A stretch of 64,000 nucleotides of DNA from Octopus sinensis (lineage: Eukaryota): positions 21,017,360-21,081,359 of the forward strand of contig NC_043019.1 of the NCBI RefSeq assembly GCF_006345805.1. The letters are read 5' to 3'. Made by a program: the position numbers and the translations under genes. Each line of letters begins with the position of its first letter. The first letter of the stretch is position 1. The notes below the pieces were generated by a model, which had not been told where the DNA came from, did not search any database, and saw only the letters and a list, made by a program, of their open reading frames with translations. Positions 1 through 13,774 of this stretch are shown one piece after another.

Positions 1-2416
1 TACTTATTCTATCGTTCTATTTTGCCGAACCACTATGTGTATACATTTTTTTGGGACACCCTGTATATATATATGATGGAAGGGTTGCGGGCTGGAACGT
101 CTTCGTGATTGGTAAGGTCAGTTCAATCACGGTCGGGGGTTTGAAGAAGCGCAACACAAAGGGCAAGATTGAACACGGCAGTGTACTTTTGCATAATAGC
201 AAAAAAAAAAAAAAAAAAAAAAGTACTGTATGTGTTCAGAACTGGAGATACCTTTTGATTTTAACTTACTCGGTCAGGGCTGACCTGGGGCTAAACTAAA
301 CAACTTCCAACTACAGCAATAATATCAACAGCCAAGGAAGTGCTTTTTATTTTTATTTTTTTTGTTTGTAGTGGTGGTGGTGGTGGTGGGGACACAGGTA
401 AAAGACGCGCGGTTTTTTTTTTGTTTGGTTTTCACCTGATACTCGTTAGATTAGTGTTATTGACGTAGTGAACAAACATTACTCTCTCTCTCTGCCTCAC
501 CTTTCTTTCTCTGATTCTCTCTCTCTCTCTCTCTCTGTCTATGTTGGCCGAACTGACATCCGACGAAAGGCGTTCCAGCCACGACTATCATCGACCAGAC
601 TGCATCATCTTAATGTTGTTTCTTCGTGTTTTCTAACTGAACGGTCAGGTGTGATTTGAACATGATTTGGCTGCCGTTTCTAGCAGATCAAGTGACCACA
701 TTAGCTTCGCCGCTGTTGGCTCTTCACTCCCTCTCTACATTAGTCCCTGGTTAGCCCTGACTGACATATCAATCGTGATAATCTTTATTTTTTTATTATT
801 ATTCTGCCTTATGGCTATGATCACATTATTATTATTATTATTATTAGTAGTAGTAGTAGTAACTTGGGTTTCATTATCCAGTGTGCTCCATTTTAAGATA
901 GCAGAATTGTGATTGGAAAAAACATTTGGCTGCTACTTCTAGCATTTCGAACTGCCGCGTATATGCTCTCAGTTTCTGTTCGTCTAGATGGAATTTTCGG
1001 TGTCATCTCTTTTGCTCTCTCTATCTATCTTAACTCACCCCTCTCTTCTCTCTGTCTTTCTATTCTCTTGGTGTTTATTTCTCACACTCACTCTAGATGT
1101 TTATCTCTGTTTCTCTCCTCTCTCTCTCTCTTTACGTTGCTCTCTGTTTCTCTTTTGAGTGTTTCCCTTAGTGTATTTATTACTTCCTCTGTTTTTCTAC
1201 CCCCCTTTGTCTCTAACTCTTGGATAAACCCAGAAACCCTTGCCTTAAGTCTAGTTTCTACATACTTATGAGTCAATGAGGGAGTCTGCGTAGTCGCTCG
1301 ACTTACAAGTAATAGCAACTATATCTCCCTCGAATTACTACATCTATGGCAGGAAACCTAGACGTATGCAAACAGGCTGAGTGGCCACAGCTAGGGTGCC
1401 CTTTTTTTTACAACTTTGCTCAAGTACCAACAACCACCAGTCACCGGGACTGTCCCTATTTTCGTTTTGCTAACAATTGTAGCCAAATCTCCCTCAAATC
1501 TGGCGTTTCCATCTTAGAGATATGTCCCTGTTCTTAGTCGGAAAAATTAAAGGATAGAAAAATAAAACTGAAAGGAGGCGACTGTATGTAGTGTCTTTGC
1601 TCTTAGGCCTACTCCAGCTGACCTGACCAGGAGCTTATAACGACAACAATCAGTTTACCAGTTTGTCTACATTGAAAATTCTAATTAAGAGAGAAGAAAG
1701 TTTGTCAAATTAGGGTCACCAGAATGAGAACAGGTAGCGAGAACCGAGTGTTTAGTCCCCCCCCCATTGTCTTTGTATCTGCGAAGTTTTGTAATTATAG
1801 AACTGTGAATGTAGGAATATTAATTATTATTAAATGGCCTAACTTGCTTGCTTGAATTCTTGCGCTAACTGAAAATTAAAGAAATTATTTATAATGTTTT
1901 AAATCTTGTAAGACAATTATCTAAACCATTTTATTTCTTTTCTCTCTCTGTCTTTCAGTAGTATATGTTATTATTGGAGATATAAAGTGCACGTTTGCAA
2001 GGATTGAAACCGTATACACATGCTTAACGGCCTGGCTTAAAGTCGGTAGTAACGGCTCCTCGGCCATTAATTGATGCTATTTAGTAACTCTGACTCAGTT
2101 ATTGAGTATACTGCCATCATGGTTGAACATAGATACACATATATATATATATATATATGCAAATGTACATATAAAATCATACGTACACATAAGCATACAC
2201 GTCCTTGTATTCACATACGTACGCACATGCATACATACAACGGGCAACGTGCACACAAGTGTCCCCTTCACCCCCGATTTTGTTTCCCCATAACTTACTG
2301 AAAAATGGATACGTATATCGCACAAACAAACATTCATACAGACATACGCATACATAAGCATGCGTGTATTTACTCGTGTATAATGTGAGAACTATAATAC
2401 AAAAGGAACAATAACA

Positions 2417-2626
2417 ATCCTTTCTACTAATGGCACAAGGCCTGAAATTTGTGGAGAGGGGATTAGTTGAATACATCGATACCCGGTGTTTCACTGGTAC
2501 TTATGGATCCCGAAAGGATGAAAGGCAAAGTCGACCTCGGCGGAATTTGAACTCAGAACGTACCGACTGGCGAAATATCGCTAAGCATTTCCCCCAGTGT
2601 GCTAACGATTCTGCCTGCTCGCCGCC

Positions 2627-2658
<32 letters not shown>

Positions 2659-2836
2659 CCTTTCTATTATAGGCACAAGGCCTGAAAGTTGGGGGAGGAG
2701 GATAGTCGATTAGATCGAACTCAGTATGCAACTGGTACTTAATTTATCGACCCCCGAAAGTATGAAAGGCAAAGTCGACCTCAGCGGAATTTGAGCTCAG
2801 ATCGTAGCGACAGAGTCTGGCCAGCTCGCCGCCTTA
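2417..2836 (-). mobile_element. Two tandem SINE family B variants separated by (TAA)n
   Basis: Two copies of ggcacaaggcctgaaa...cgaaaggatgaaaggcaaagtcgacctc...ctcgccgcc. Confidence 0.8.
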
Positions 2837-4099
2837 ATAATAATAATAATAGTAGTAGTAGTAGTAGCAGCAGCCCATGGTTAGCATGTTTAGGTGTAGG
2901 TGGTTAGTCCATAACACCAATACAGTACTTGACTGGTACTTTATTTTATCCTAAACAATGGTAACGATAGGACTAAAATACATTAATGATTTTTATCTAA
3001 AATATGGGGGCTGCATTATGTTTAATATCGCATTGTCTTCGATTTAATACAATATACATACATACATACATATAAATATACACACACACATACGTGTAGC
3101 ACGCACACATACGTATATGTGTGCTGAGAATCTCGCTCTAGTTATTTCTGGTATGCATTTTGGGTTTCATTTAACCGAGCAAAGCAAAGATTCCATCATC
3201 GACTCGACTTCCCTGTCTGTGTGTTCGTGACAAGTCATGCTTTTCTTTCTTTAAAACATTTGTTTATCGTTGAAGCCATGCTCCCCACTTTTCATGTTTC
3301 TTCTATTTCTCACTCTTTCACTCTCTTTTTCATTCATCCATAATAAATATATCTATCTTCTTTCTCTCTCTCTCTCTTCCCACCTCTATATAGATTCATA
3401 TAAATACTATATATATATATATGTTCTAATTATAATCAGATTCTATTAGTGGTGCTGTGAGTTTTCGTTTTCGGTTGAGTTTTATTAGTTTATGAGAAAA
3501 TAAAGAGAAAATGAAATGAATCGATCCTGCTTATCTTGGTGTTTCCAAAAAAAAAAAGAAATAAGGCACAGTCTTAGAGAACGGCTATTTCTATTTGTCA
3601 TCGTAGTATTTTCTTGCAGTTCTTAATCTTTCCATCTTCCTTTCCCCCTTCTCTTCTCAGCTTGGTTTGTAAAACCCTGTTTTCTGTATTTAAGGAACTG
3701 TCTTTGCCCCCCCCCCCTCCTCCCGATCCATACATCAACGAAAGAAGACAACGTGTGTGTGTGTATATTAGCTATTTTTCGCCTTTCTGCCTTAGCTCAC
3801 CCGACCCCACACCTTTATTCTTCGGGTTTTATGAGGCTTTTTTTTTTTTCGATTTTTGTTTTCGTTCCCTGAAACCATACACTGTCAAATATGATTCCTT
3901 ACTAAAACTTAGGGCAGAATTTTTTTTTGTGGGATGAGATTTTGTGATACTCATGCATTTCCAAAAGACGTTAACGACGTGAGTAAACAATAGCATTTGA
4001 ACCACAACGACCAAGAATAAAAACTGGTGTATAAATTTAATTTATAAATAATCCCCCCACCTCTCTCTCCACCCACAATTACTAATATTTTTTTTTTAT

Positions 4100-4440
4100 C
4101 TCTTACTTGTTTCAGTCTTTAGACGGTGGCCAAAATACGTACTGGTGTCGAATAAATCGACCCCCAGTACTTATTTTTTTAAAGCCTGCTACTACTTATT
4201 CTATAGGTCGCTTTTGCCGAACCGCTATGTTATGGGGATATCAAGCAGTGATGGTGGACGAATACAGACACAAAGAAACACACACACACACACAACAGAA
4301 TTCTTTCAATTTCCATCTACTAAAATTCACTCAGAAAGCTTTGGTCGGCCTCAGTCTGTAGTAGAAGACACTTCCCCCATGGTGTCATCTAGTGGGACTG
4401 AACTTGGGAGCACACTTCTTACTACACAGCTGCGTCTGCT
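4100..4440 (-). mobile_element. SINE family A, diverged
   Basis: Recognisable tail, body and head. Other diverged or partial copies at about 11640-11845, 18735-19095, 21275-21472, 27065-27430, 37700-37890 plus 38685-38770, 45681-45837, 59215-59410, 60577-60860 and 63622-63826. Confidence 0.7.
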
Positions 4441-4694
4441 GGCCTTAATAGTAAAGCTTAGTAGTTATTTTGACTAGTTGCTTAAGACAAATTAAAAAAA
4501 AAAAAAAGACATTTAATAAATGAATCAGAAATTCCAATTTATATTATTCCATATCCCATTTTTTTAAAAAAAAAAACACTAGTATAGAACATGATTCACA
4601 TCATCATCATTTTGTTGTTATATGATGACAGAAAACCAAAATTAGCAGAAATGAGAGCTACTGAATTGTAATGTGAAATCAATAGTATGTAAAT

Positions 4695-4727
<33 letters not shown>

Positions 4728-5304
4728 TATTTTGGGGAAAGTCTGTGCAATCAATCACGGTATAAATAGATACTAACAAAAATAATGATCTGAATATTGA
4801 TGACTTACTGCAATCTGAAACTACAACACATTCATTGTAAATAAAGCACACACACACACACATGAAATTTAAAAAACAAACAAACAAACCAATCAAAAGT
4901 ACTAAGATTTCGGTTCAAGCTTAGAGTTACATACTCCCCCCATCCTTTCTTCCTCCTATGGCCTTTCAGTAGAACTATCTATCTCAAATTCATTCAACCA
5001 CGGAAACTACCATTTTATATTTTTATCTTGTTGAAATGAGGTTAAAATGGATTATTGGTGCTCTTTGTTGCTGCTGTTGTTGTTGTTGTTTTAACCCAAG
5101 GTCGACTTTGATGGAACACACCTGTGGTCAAAGGGACTCCAGCCATGAACATCCTACTATGACTATATTATCCAATGTGTCCCAGTTTGTCTCCTTTTAA
5201 ACATAGTATATCTATCATCATCATCATCATCCATTTTTCCATACTAGCATGGCTAAAATTGCAGCAGACTCCAATCTATTTTGGCTTGGTTTCTGCAGCT
5301 GGAT

Positions 5305-5830
5305 CATCATCATTGTTTAACGTCCGCTTTCCATGCTAGCATGGGTTGGACGATTTTGACTGAGGGCTGGCGAACCAGATGGCTGCACCAGGCTCCAGTC
5401 TTGATCTGGCAAAGTTTCTACAGCTGGATGCCCTTCCTAACGCCAGCCACTCCGAGAGTGTAGTGGGTGCTTTTTACGTACCACTGGAACGGGGGCCAGT
5501 CAGGCGGTACTGGCAATGACCTCGCTCAAATCTTTTTACACATGCCACCGGCACAGGTGCCAGTAAGGCAATGTTGGTAATGATCACGCTCGAATGGTGC
5601 CCTTTTACGTGCCACCGGCACGGAAGCCAGTTGGCTGCTCTGGTAACAATCACGCTCGGATGGTGCTCTTGGCGCCCTACTAGCATGGGCACAAGTGCCA
5701 GTAAGGCGACGCTGGTAACGATCACACTCGAATGGTGCCCTTTTATGTGCCACTGGTACAGAAGCCGGTTAGCTGCCGTGTCAAACGATCACACTCGTAT
5801 GGTGCTCTTTGCAACCTGCTAGCACGGATG
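5305..5830 (-). mobile_element. RTE 3' UTR/tail repeat copy with several internal array units
   Basis: (CAT)n tail at left, tccatgctagcatgggttggacg, cagctggatgcccttcctaacgcc, then repeated ttttacgtgccaccggcac units. Confidence 0.85.
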
Positions 5831-6250
5831 CCAGTCATCGGTCCTTCCTAATGCCAACCACTTCACAGAGTGTACTGGGTGCCTTTTACATGTCACCAGC
5901 ACTAGTCATAACTACAATTTCACTTAGCTTGACATGTCTTCTCGAGCACAGCAAATCACCAAATGTCTTCATCACTTGTCATCACCTTCAACAGACTCAA
6001 CATCCAAAGATCATACTTCACCACTTTGTTGCAGATCCTTGGGTCTCCCTCTTCCACAGATTCCCTCCACAGAGATCAGCACTTCTTTATGCAGCTGCCC
6101 TTGTCCACATGCATCACATTACCATACCAGCACAGTCTTCTCTCTTGTGCACATCTGATGCTCTTATACTTGTATCTATGGTTTCATTATCTAATGTGTA
6201 CCTCTTTTTTTTTCATTTTAAATTGATGAGGTGTAATTTGAGTGAGATTT
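5830..6250 (-). mobile_element. Older RTE LINE 3' end (ORF end plus short 3' UTR)
   Basis: Minus translation QERRLCWYGNVMH..EGICGRGRPK..VVKYDL..AVLEKTCQAK*, followed by the same gtggttggcattaggaagg tail motif seen in other copies. Confidence 0.75.
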
Positions 6251-6296
6251 GGTTACTATTTGTAGCAAATAGTTTGACTTGATCTCTCATGGTTTC

Positions 6297-6680
6297 ATCA
6301 TCATCATCATCATCGTTTAACATCTGTTCTCCATGCTAGCATGTGTTGGACGGTTTGACCGGGGATCTGGGAAGCCAGAAGGCTGCACCAGGCTCAAGCC
6401 TGATCTGGCAGTGTTTCTACAGCTGGATGCCCTTCCTAACGCCAACCACTCCGTGAGTGTAGTGGGTGCTTTTTACGTGCCAGGCGAGGCTGGCAACGGC
6501 CACGATCGGATTGGTGCATTTTACGTGCCACCGGCACGGAAGCCAGTCAAGGTGGCGCTGGCATTGGCCACGATTCGGATGGTGCTTTTTACGTGCCACC
6601 GGCACGGAAGCCAGTCAAGGTGGCGCTGGCATTGGCCACGATTCGGATGGTGCTTTTTACGTGCCACCGGCACAGGGATC
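6297..6680 (-). mobile_element. RTE 3' UTR/tail repeat copy
   Basis: Same tail, with near-identical 62-bp units (gccacgattcggatggtgctttttacgtgccaccggcacggaagccagtcaaggtggcgctggcattg). Confidence 0.85.
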
Positions 6681-7224
6681 ATTGTATGTAAATTGTTGTA
6701 GTTGTTGTTTAGCTCCAGGCTAGTACTGTTGAGATGACCCCTGACCCTGACATGATGATCATTTTTAAAAAATACTTTTCAAGTCCCGTAATCCTGTATT
6801 ATGTATTATTAGAGGTGTTCTTTTCCTTTTAAGATACCAAGATGTAATTTGAGATTTGACTGGTATTGTTAAGAGGTTGAGCAGTTACATATAGAGTTCT
6901 CTGTGGATACATGCAGTTCATGATTTATATCTGAGATGCAAGATTTTTACTGCTCTGACTATGATCAGCAACCCTTCTGTAAACCTTTAGCATTTAAACT
7001 GGCCATATCAGGCCCAAATATTTTCCCTGTTCTATGTTCAAACCAGCTACATCCTGCCTCTCACTTCTACCCTGCAATGTCATTCTGAAAATAAACAATC
7101 ACATCATCAAAACTTTGAAAATATAAGATAATGCATGAATAATTCTAAACAGTGTGAATAAATAAGTGTTACATTTTGACAGAGTAATTTGAATGCTTAA
7201 GATCAGGGGAAACCTTTTGGTGGT

Positions 7225-7614
7225 TACTCTTACTCTTTTACTTGTTTCAGTCATGCTGGAGCACCGCCTTTAGTCGAGCAAATCGACCCCGGAACTTATT
7301 CTTTGTAAGCCCAGTACTTATTCTATCGGTCTCTTTTGCCGAACCGCTAAGTGACGGGGATGTAAACACACCAGCATTGGTTGTCAAGCAATGCTAGGGG
7401 GACAAACACAGACACACAAACATATACACACACATACATATATATATATACGACAGGCTTCTTTCAGTTTCCGTCAACCAAATCCACTCACAAGGCTTTG
7501 GTTGGCCCGAGGCTATAGTAGAAGACACTTGCCCAAGATGCCACGCTGTGGGACTGAACCCGGAACCATGTGGTTGGTAAGCAAGCTACTTACCACACAG
7601 CCACTCCTGCGCCT
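7225..7614 (-). mobile_element. SINE family A, full length
   Basis: Reverse-complement match to 23821-24230. Confidence 0.85.
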
Positions 7615-7629
7615 ATTAATCAACTTTTT

Positions 7630-8130
7630 ATTGAAGTCTTCATTAAGTTCACAACCTATCCCTGCCCCTAATCCCTCTTCATCATCAGCCAAGTGCCTTT
7701 CCTGTGTCCAGGGGTTAGCTTGCCAAGACTCTCCACCTCCCTGTTATACTGCATGCTTACAATCAGCCAAGCTCTTGTTTCCAATCCATTCTTTGATGCT
7801 GTCACTCCACAAATGTCTTCAATGGCCTCCTCTTCTCTTCCTACTTCTAGTTAGAATGGTTGTGAGCAATGACTTATGGCATATTGTATGTCCAAGATAT
7901 AGTTTTGTGGACTTGATTCTTAACAATATGTGTCTGGACTTTTAGCTTTTCTAGTACTGCGGCATTTGTTACCCTAACTTTTTAGCTTACTCTACCCAAT
8001 CTACAAAAGATCCACATCTCAAAGGTATCTATCATATTTTCCATTGCTCTGTACATTGTCCATGTTTCTGCTCCATAGAAGACAGTTAACATAATATAAC
8101 AGCTTATAATATAATGTCCTCATACATATC
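7630..8130 (-). mobile_element. Highly degenerate RTE-like LINE fragment
   Basis: Minus strand near 8110-8060 reads ..FYGAETWT.., matching the LLYGxETW motif of RTE-like LINEs. The rest is decayed. Confidence 0.5.
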
Positions 8131-9228
8131 CTTTAAAACATACATTCATTCATTAGGTACAAGTAAGGCTGTGTGGTTACGAAGTTTCCTTCATAAGCAT
8201 TTGGTTTTAGTTCAGTTTCACTCTGTGTGTGTGCATGCATGCAATTACAGGTACACACAAATTGAATTTATAAAAAGAAACTTCCATCAAAATTTCATAT
8301 TTAATCAAGTTGCAAAGATCAGTTTAATAACGACAAAATTATTTTAGTAAATTCTTCATTATTTCAAATTCCACAAACCTTCTGTTCTAGACTGGTATTT
8401 TATTTATCCCTAACTTAACTCGGAAGGATGAAAGGTAAAGTTGATCCAGGCAGAATTTGAACCCAAAATGCAATAAATTGGAATAAATACTGCAAAATAT
8501 TTTATCCAATGCTCAAATGACTCTGCTAAATCACCAGAATGACATTGCAAGTGGTTGAATATTCCACAGACACTAGTTCCTTTTGTGTATTTCTCAGGCA
8601 GTATTGTTGTTACACTGTATGTGCGTGTGTGTCAAGGCTGAGCCTTTCAATTACAGGTACAATACACCTTATTTTTACAAAGTAAATAACTGAATATCTA
8701 ATGTCCTCTTAACAAAATCCTCAGAGTGGCAGAGGGTGTGATAAGGCTAAGCCCTTTGAATCACAAGTGCAGTCCGTATGATGGGCTTCTTCCCAGATAC
8801 TGTGTACCCAGTTTCATTCTGAAGGTTTGATTTGACCCAGGAAGTATACTATACTGGAGGAAGTAAACATTCTCAGGGTGCAGTGAGACTTTGTAATTAA
8901 CCATTCAGCCATACCCACATCAGTAAAAATGTATATAAATGCTCCCCCGCGCCACCCATTATAGTCACCAAACCTGCTCTGAGTAAAAATACAATATCCT
9001 TGATGCTGTGTTAAAATCAGCAATGTAAGCCAATTAAACCTGCTAACAATGTACGCTACTGTTGCTGCTTATGAACTGAGAACTTTGCCACCTGTTGCAA
9101 GGTTCTCAGCTTTTGTGCGGGGGCTTGACGTTTTACAAAAGCCATCAAATTCTTTCAGATCATATTGTAGCATTTCACAGAACCAAAATGTTATGGTTCT
9201 GTGGAGGTAAAATAATGGTGTTTTTTAA

Positions 9229-9450
9229 CCCTTTAGCATTTAAACCGGCCATATCCGGCCAAAAGTATTCTGCCTGTTTTATGTTCAAACTGGCCAGATC
9301 TGGTCTCTCACACCAACCCTACAATATCGTTTTAAAAATTAACAGCTACCTCATCAAAATCTCATAACTGCAAGATTAATGCATGATTAGTTCAAAACAA
9401 TGTGGATGAAAAAAGATTAATTTAGGCAGAATAATGTGAACACTAAAGGG
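9229..9450. mobile_element. piggyBac-like MITE (~220 bp, family 1)
   Basis: TTAA-ccctttagcatt ... cactaaaggg-TTAA. Confidence 0.8.
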
Positions 9451-9769
9451 TTAATAAAATATAACGAAAATTTATTTTATAAGTAAAAGAGGCACACTAA
9501 TTCATCTTATGCAGACTGTTGTTGCTTAGCCCCAGGTCAATTTAAGACGTGTGGTTGAAGTCTACCCTGAAGCCATCCCTACTTTTTTCTTGTTAAAGAT
9601 TAGCTGTACCCTTTTGAAGATGGTAAGGAGGTGCTATTTTTAGCATGTTGGGTGGCCTCTATTGTTGTTGGTCCCCAGATCAACCAGGATTTAACTAGAG
9701 AGGCAATCAAAAGCATTCCACTGATGACTACCTTGCTTTTCTTTCTTTCAAGATGGTAAGGTGTAATAC

Positions 9770-9998
9770 GGCGAGCTGGCAGAAACGTTAGCACGCCAGG
9801 CGAAATGCTAAGCAGTATTTTGTCTGCCGTTACATTCTGAGTTCAAATTCCGCCAAGGTCGACTTTGCCTTTCATCCTTTCAGGGTCGATAAATTAAGGA
9901 CCAGTACGCACTGGGGTCGATGCAATCTACTTGATCCGTTTGTCTGTCCTTGTTTGTCCTCTCTGTGTTTAGCCCATTGTGGGTAGTGTAAAGAAATA
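9770..9998 (+). mobile_element. tRNA-derived SINE family B (~230 bp)
   Basis: Head ggcgagctggcagaaacgttagc, B-box-like gagttcaaattc, central gcctttcatcctttcggggtcgataaa motif, tail agccccttgtgggtagtaaagaaata. Confidence 0.8.
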
Positions 9999-10203
9999 GG
10001 TAAGGTGTAATACAGTGGTTTTCAACCAAAGTCCATATGCCCATCCCCCTCGGGTGTGGGGGTATATGTAAAACTTTTGGGGTCCACACAAGCAAAATGG
10101 TAAATTGCAAAAGAAAAAACAGCTGAGCTTCCTTCAAAATTTTCAACCTACACAAATTAATATGTGAAAAACAAAATAGGAGTTTTACATAGTTCAACCT
10201 AGT

Positions 10204-10510
10204 GCAGGCATATGGCCTAGTGGTTAGAGCAGCGGACTAGCGGTCGAGGGATCGCGGGTTTGAATCTCAGACCGGGCAATGTATGTGTTTATGAGTGAAA
10301 CACCTAAGTTCCACGCGGCTCCGGCAGAAGGTAATGGCGAGACTTCTGCTGACTCTTTCGCCACAACTTTCTCTCACTCTTTCCACCTGCATCTTGCAGC
10401 TCACCTGCGAAGGACCGGCATCCCATCCTGGTGGGAAACCTATATGCCAAGAAACCGGGAAACCGGCTCTTATGAGCCAGGCATGGCTTGAGAAGGAACA
10501 AACAAACAAA
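10204..10510 (+). mobile_element. tRNA-derived SINE family C (~300 bp, (AAAC)n tail)
   Basis: tggcctagtggttagagcagcgg A-box and gggtttgaatctc B-box. A second copy lies on the minus strand at 37935-38222. Confidence 0.8.
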
Positions 10511-10855
10511 TAGTTCAACCTACACAAAGACGTCTTTAAACATCGAGTGACTATGGGTGGTGTGGCCCACCGGAATAAAATAGTAACTAAAGGAATCCAA
10601 AGACAAAAAAATGGTCGAGAACCACTGGTGTGTAATGCAAGAGATTTGGCTGCTATTTCTTGCATGACTAGCTCATGACTCAATGTTTTTTTGTTTCTTT
10701 TTGTATCCATTGAAGAAGACAAGATAGAATAAATTATAAAAATGCTTTTTTGCTAATGACGTTAAATAAATTAGTCTTATCATTTATTGATTATCATGTA
10801 TATATTGCGATGCACTCATTAGCTATCTCAGTGTCTACACAGTCACGCATATATA

Positions 10856-10909
<54 letters not shown>

Positions 10910-11149
10910 AGCTTTCTTAGTGTGTTGCTTATACATTTCTATACATGTTTTATTCATCTATATATTTAGAAACAATGGCCATTTCGCTGCTATTGTGAAC
11001 AAACTATAGATAGATGGCTATTTATATTGCTGGGGAAGAGTAAGTGACTGTGTGGAATTTCACCTGTATTGGAAGCTGGGGTCTGGGCCAGTTTAGAGCC
11101 TGGTGTAAGACTTTTTGCCAGTTTTTAAAATTAGAAACAGAAAATCAGG

Positions 11150-11630
11150 CAGCAAAAGTACTGTCTGTCTGTCATTCTTTCTCTTTGTTTGTCTGTCTGT
11201 CTGTTTGTCTCTGCTTGTCTGTCTGTCTTTCTGTTTGGCTATCTGTCTCTATCTCTCTCTCTTTCATTTTGTCCCCATTGGTCTGCCTGTCTCTGTCAGA
11301 CCTTGGTCTGTCTCTATCTGTCTCTATCTCTATCTCTCACTTTGTCCCCATTGGTCTGCCTTGGTCTGTCTCTATCTGTCCCTGTCTCTGCCTGCCTGTC
11401 CCTGTCTCTCTCCATTGGTTCATCTCCTCTCTGCCAGTCTGTTTCCCTGTCTCTGACTGCCTGTCTTTGTCTGTCTCCCTATTTGTCTCTCCGTCTGTCT
11501 CTGCCTATGTTTAACTGCCTCTATCTGTCTACCTCTACCTGTCTCTATCTGTCTCTCCCTGTCTGTCTGTCTCCCTTGGTTTGTCAGTGTCTGCCTGTCT
11601 CTCTTTGTTTATCTGTTGTTCTCTGCCTGT
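11150..11630. repeat. Cryptic (CTGT/CT)n satellite with recurring gtccccattggtctgcc motif
   Basis: Directly visible low-complexity, A-poor plus strand. Confidence 0.9.
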
Positions 11631-12144
11631 ACACTTTCTCTTTTACTCTTTTACTTGTTTCAGTCATTTGACTGCGGCCATGCTGAAGCACCGCCTTTAA
11701 TCGAGCAAATCGACCCCAGGACTTATTCTTTTGTAAGCCCAGTACTTACTTTATCGGTCTCTTTTGCCGAACTGCTAAGTAACGGGGACATAAACACACC
11801 AGCATCGGTTGTCAAGCAATGCTAGGGGGACAAACACAGACACACCTTCCTCTTTCTATCTCTTTCTGTTTTGTACTCTTAAGTAAGGTCCTTCATTTCA
11901 CATTGCTCCAGTCTTCTCAGTTGTAAATAAGTCCCAGCTCAGAGCTGGTGCAGCTCATTCTTTCTCAGCTGTCATCACTGGATGTGCTTAAGTGGGTGTC
12001 TATGTCTGCTCACGACAACATAGGCTCCTATAACAATAAAAGGAAGTATGGTGCATGTTATCAAGTTATACTGGCTTATGAATAATGGCTGGTTGCAATG
12101 CAGACCTGTCTATCCATGTCAGCATTGAAAATTATCATCATTAA

Positions 12145-12549
12145 TACTCTTTACTCTTTTACTCGTTTCAGTCATTTGACTGCGGCCACGCTGGAGCACC
12201 ACCAGCAAATCAACCCTGGGACTTATTCTTTGTAAGCCCAGTACTTATTCTATCGGTCTCTTTTGCCGAACCGCTAAGTGACGGGAACGTAAACACACCA
12301 GCATCGGTTGTCAAGCAATGCTATGGGGACAAACACAAACACACAAATATACACACACACACACACACATATATATACATATATACGACAGGCTTCTTTC
12401 AGTTTCCGTCTACCGAATCTACTCACAAGGCTTTGGTTGGCCCGAGGCTATAGTAGAAGACACTTGCCCATGGTGCCACGCAGTAGGACTGAATCTGGAA
12501 CCATGTGGTTGGTAAGCAAGCTACTTACCACACAGCCACTCCTGCGCCT
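12145..12549 (-). mobile_element. SINE family A, full length
   Basis: Reverse-complement match to family A. Confidence 0.85.
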
Positions 12550-12931
12550 ATGTCCACTTTTCTATGCTTGAATGGGTCAGATAGAATTCATCAAGGCAGA
12601 TTTTCTACACCCAGAAACCTTTCTTGTTACCAAGTCTCACCTGTTTCCTAGCAAGGTAATATTTCCCCAGGTATGCTTTTCACTGATGTCTGGACATGAA
12701 TATTACTTGTATGATTTTAATGCTCATTTATAACCATGTAATGTGTACTATAGGCTTCTTTCAATTTTGTCTCCCAAATCCATTCAGTTCAAAGCTACAG
12801 TAGAAAGCATTTGCCCAAGGTGCCATACAATAGGACCAAACTCGAGACCACATGGTTGGGAAGCAAGCCTCTTAAACACACTGTTACAACTGTGCTTTAA
12901 AACAAGGGTCATCTGGGATATAAACCCAAGA

Positions 12932-13320
12932 TCATCATCATCATCGTTTAACGTCCGTTCTCCATGCTGGCATGGGTTGGACGGTTCGACCGGGGATCTG
13001 GGAAGCCAGAAGGCTGCACCAGGCTCCAGTCTGATCTGGCAGTGTTTCTACAGCTGGATGCCCTTCCTAACGCCAACCACTCCATGAGTGTAGTGGGTGC
13101 TTTTTACGTGCCACCTGCACAGGTGCCAGGCGAGGCTGGCATTGGCCACGATTCGGATGGTGCTTTTTACGTGCCACCGGCACGGAAGCCAGTCAAGGCA
13201 GTGCTGACATCGGCCATAATTCGGATAGTGCTTTTTACGTGCCACTGGCACGGAAGCCAGTCCAGGCGGCGCTGGCGTCAGTCACATTAGATGGTCCTTT
13301 TACGTGCCACTGTCTCAGGG
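12932..13320 (-). mobile_element. RTE 3' UTR/tail repeat copy
   Basis: catcatcatcgtttaacgtccg tail plus three to four array units. Confidence 0.85.
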
Positions 13321-13774
13321 ATCACAACTGCAGTTTCCATTGATTTTGATGTTGGTGTACTTGACTCAATGGATCTCCTCAAGCACAGGGTCAGAAAACA
13401 GTTTATGGGTGAAATGAGCCAAATCAAAGGGCTATGATACTTTGGTTGTAGTATTGGTCATATCATGGAATAAATTATTTTGTCATGAGAAAGAATAGAT
13501 TTATTTTCAATCTCAAAGGTGAAATAATTTATTCCAGTTCATGTACATTTTGTAATCTCTATTCACAGACACAGGTGTATAGTCTATTTAGTTTGATCAT
13601 ATCTTTTAATGGCTTTGTATCTCTTCCCACCCTAACCACTTACTCATCTCTCCACTTATCACCTTCCCCCTCTACATCCAGTTCTTCGCAAACCATCATC
13701 TCCAGTCCTTCCTTCTCAGAACATTCCACCCACTGGAATGTCTTTCCTGCAGGTGTTGACCTGCAGCATTTTAA

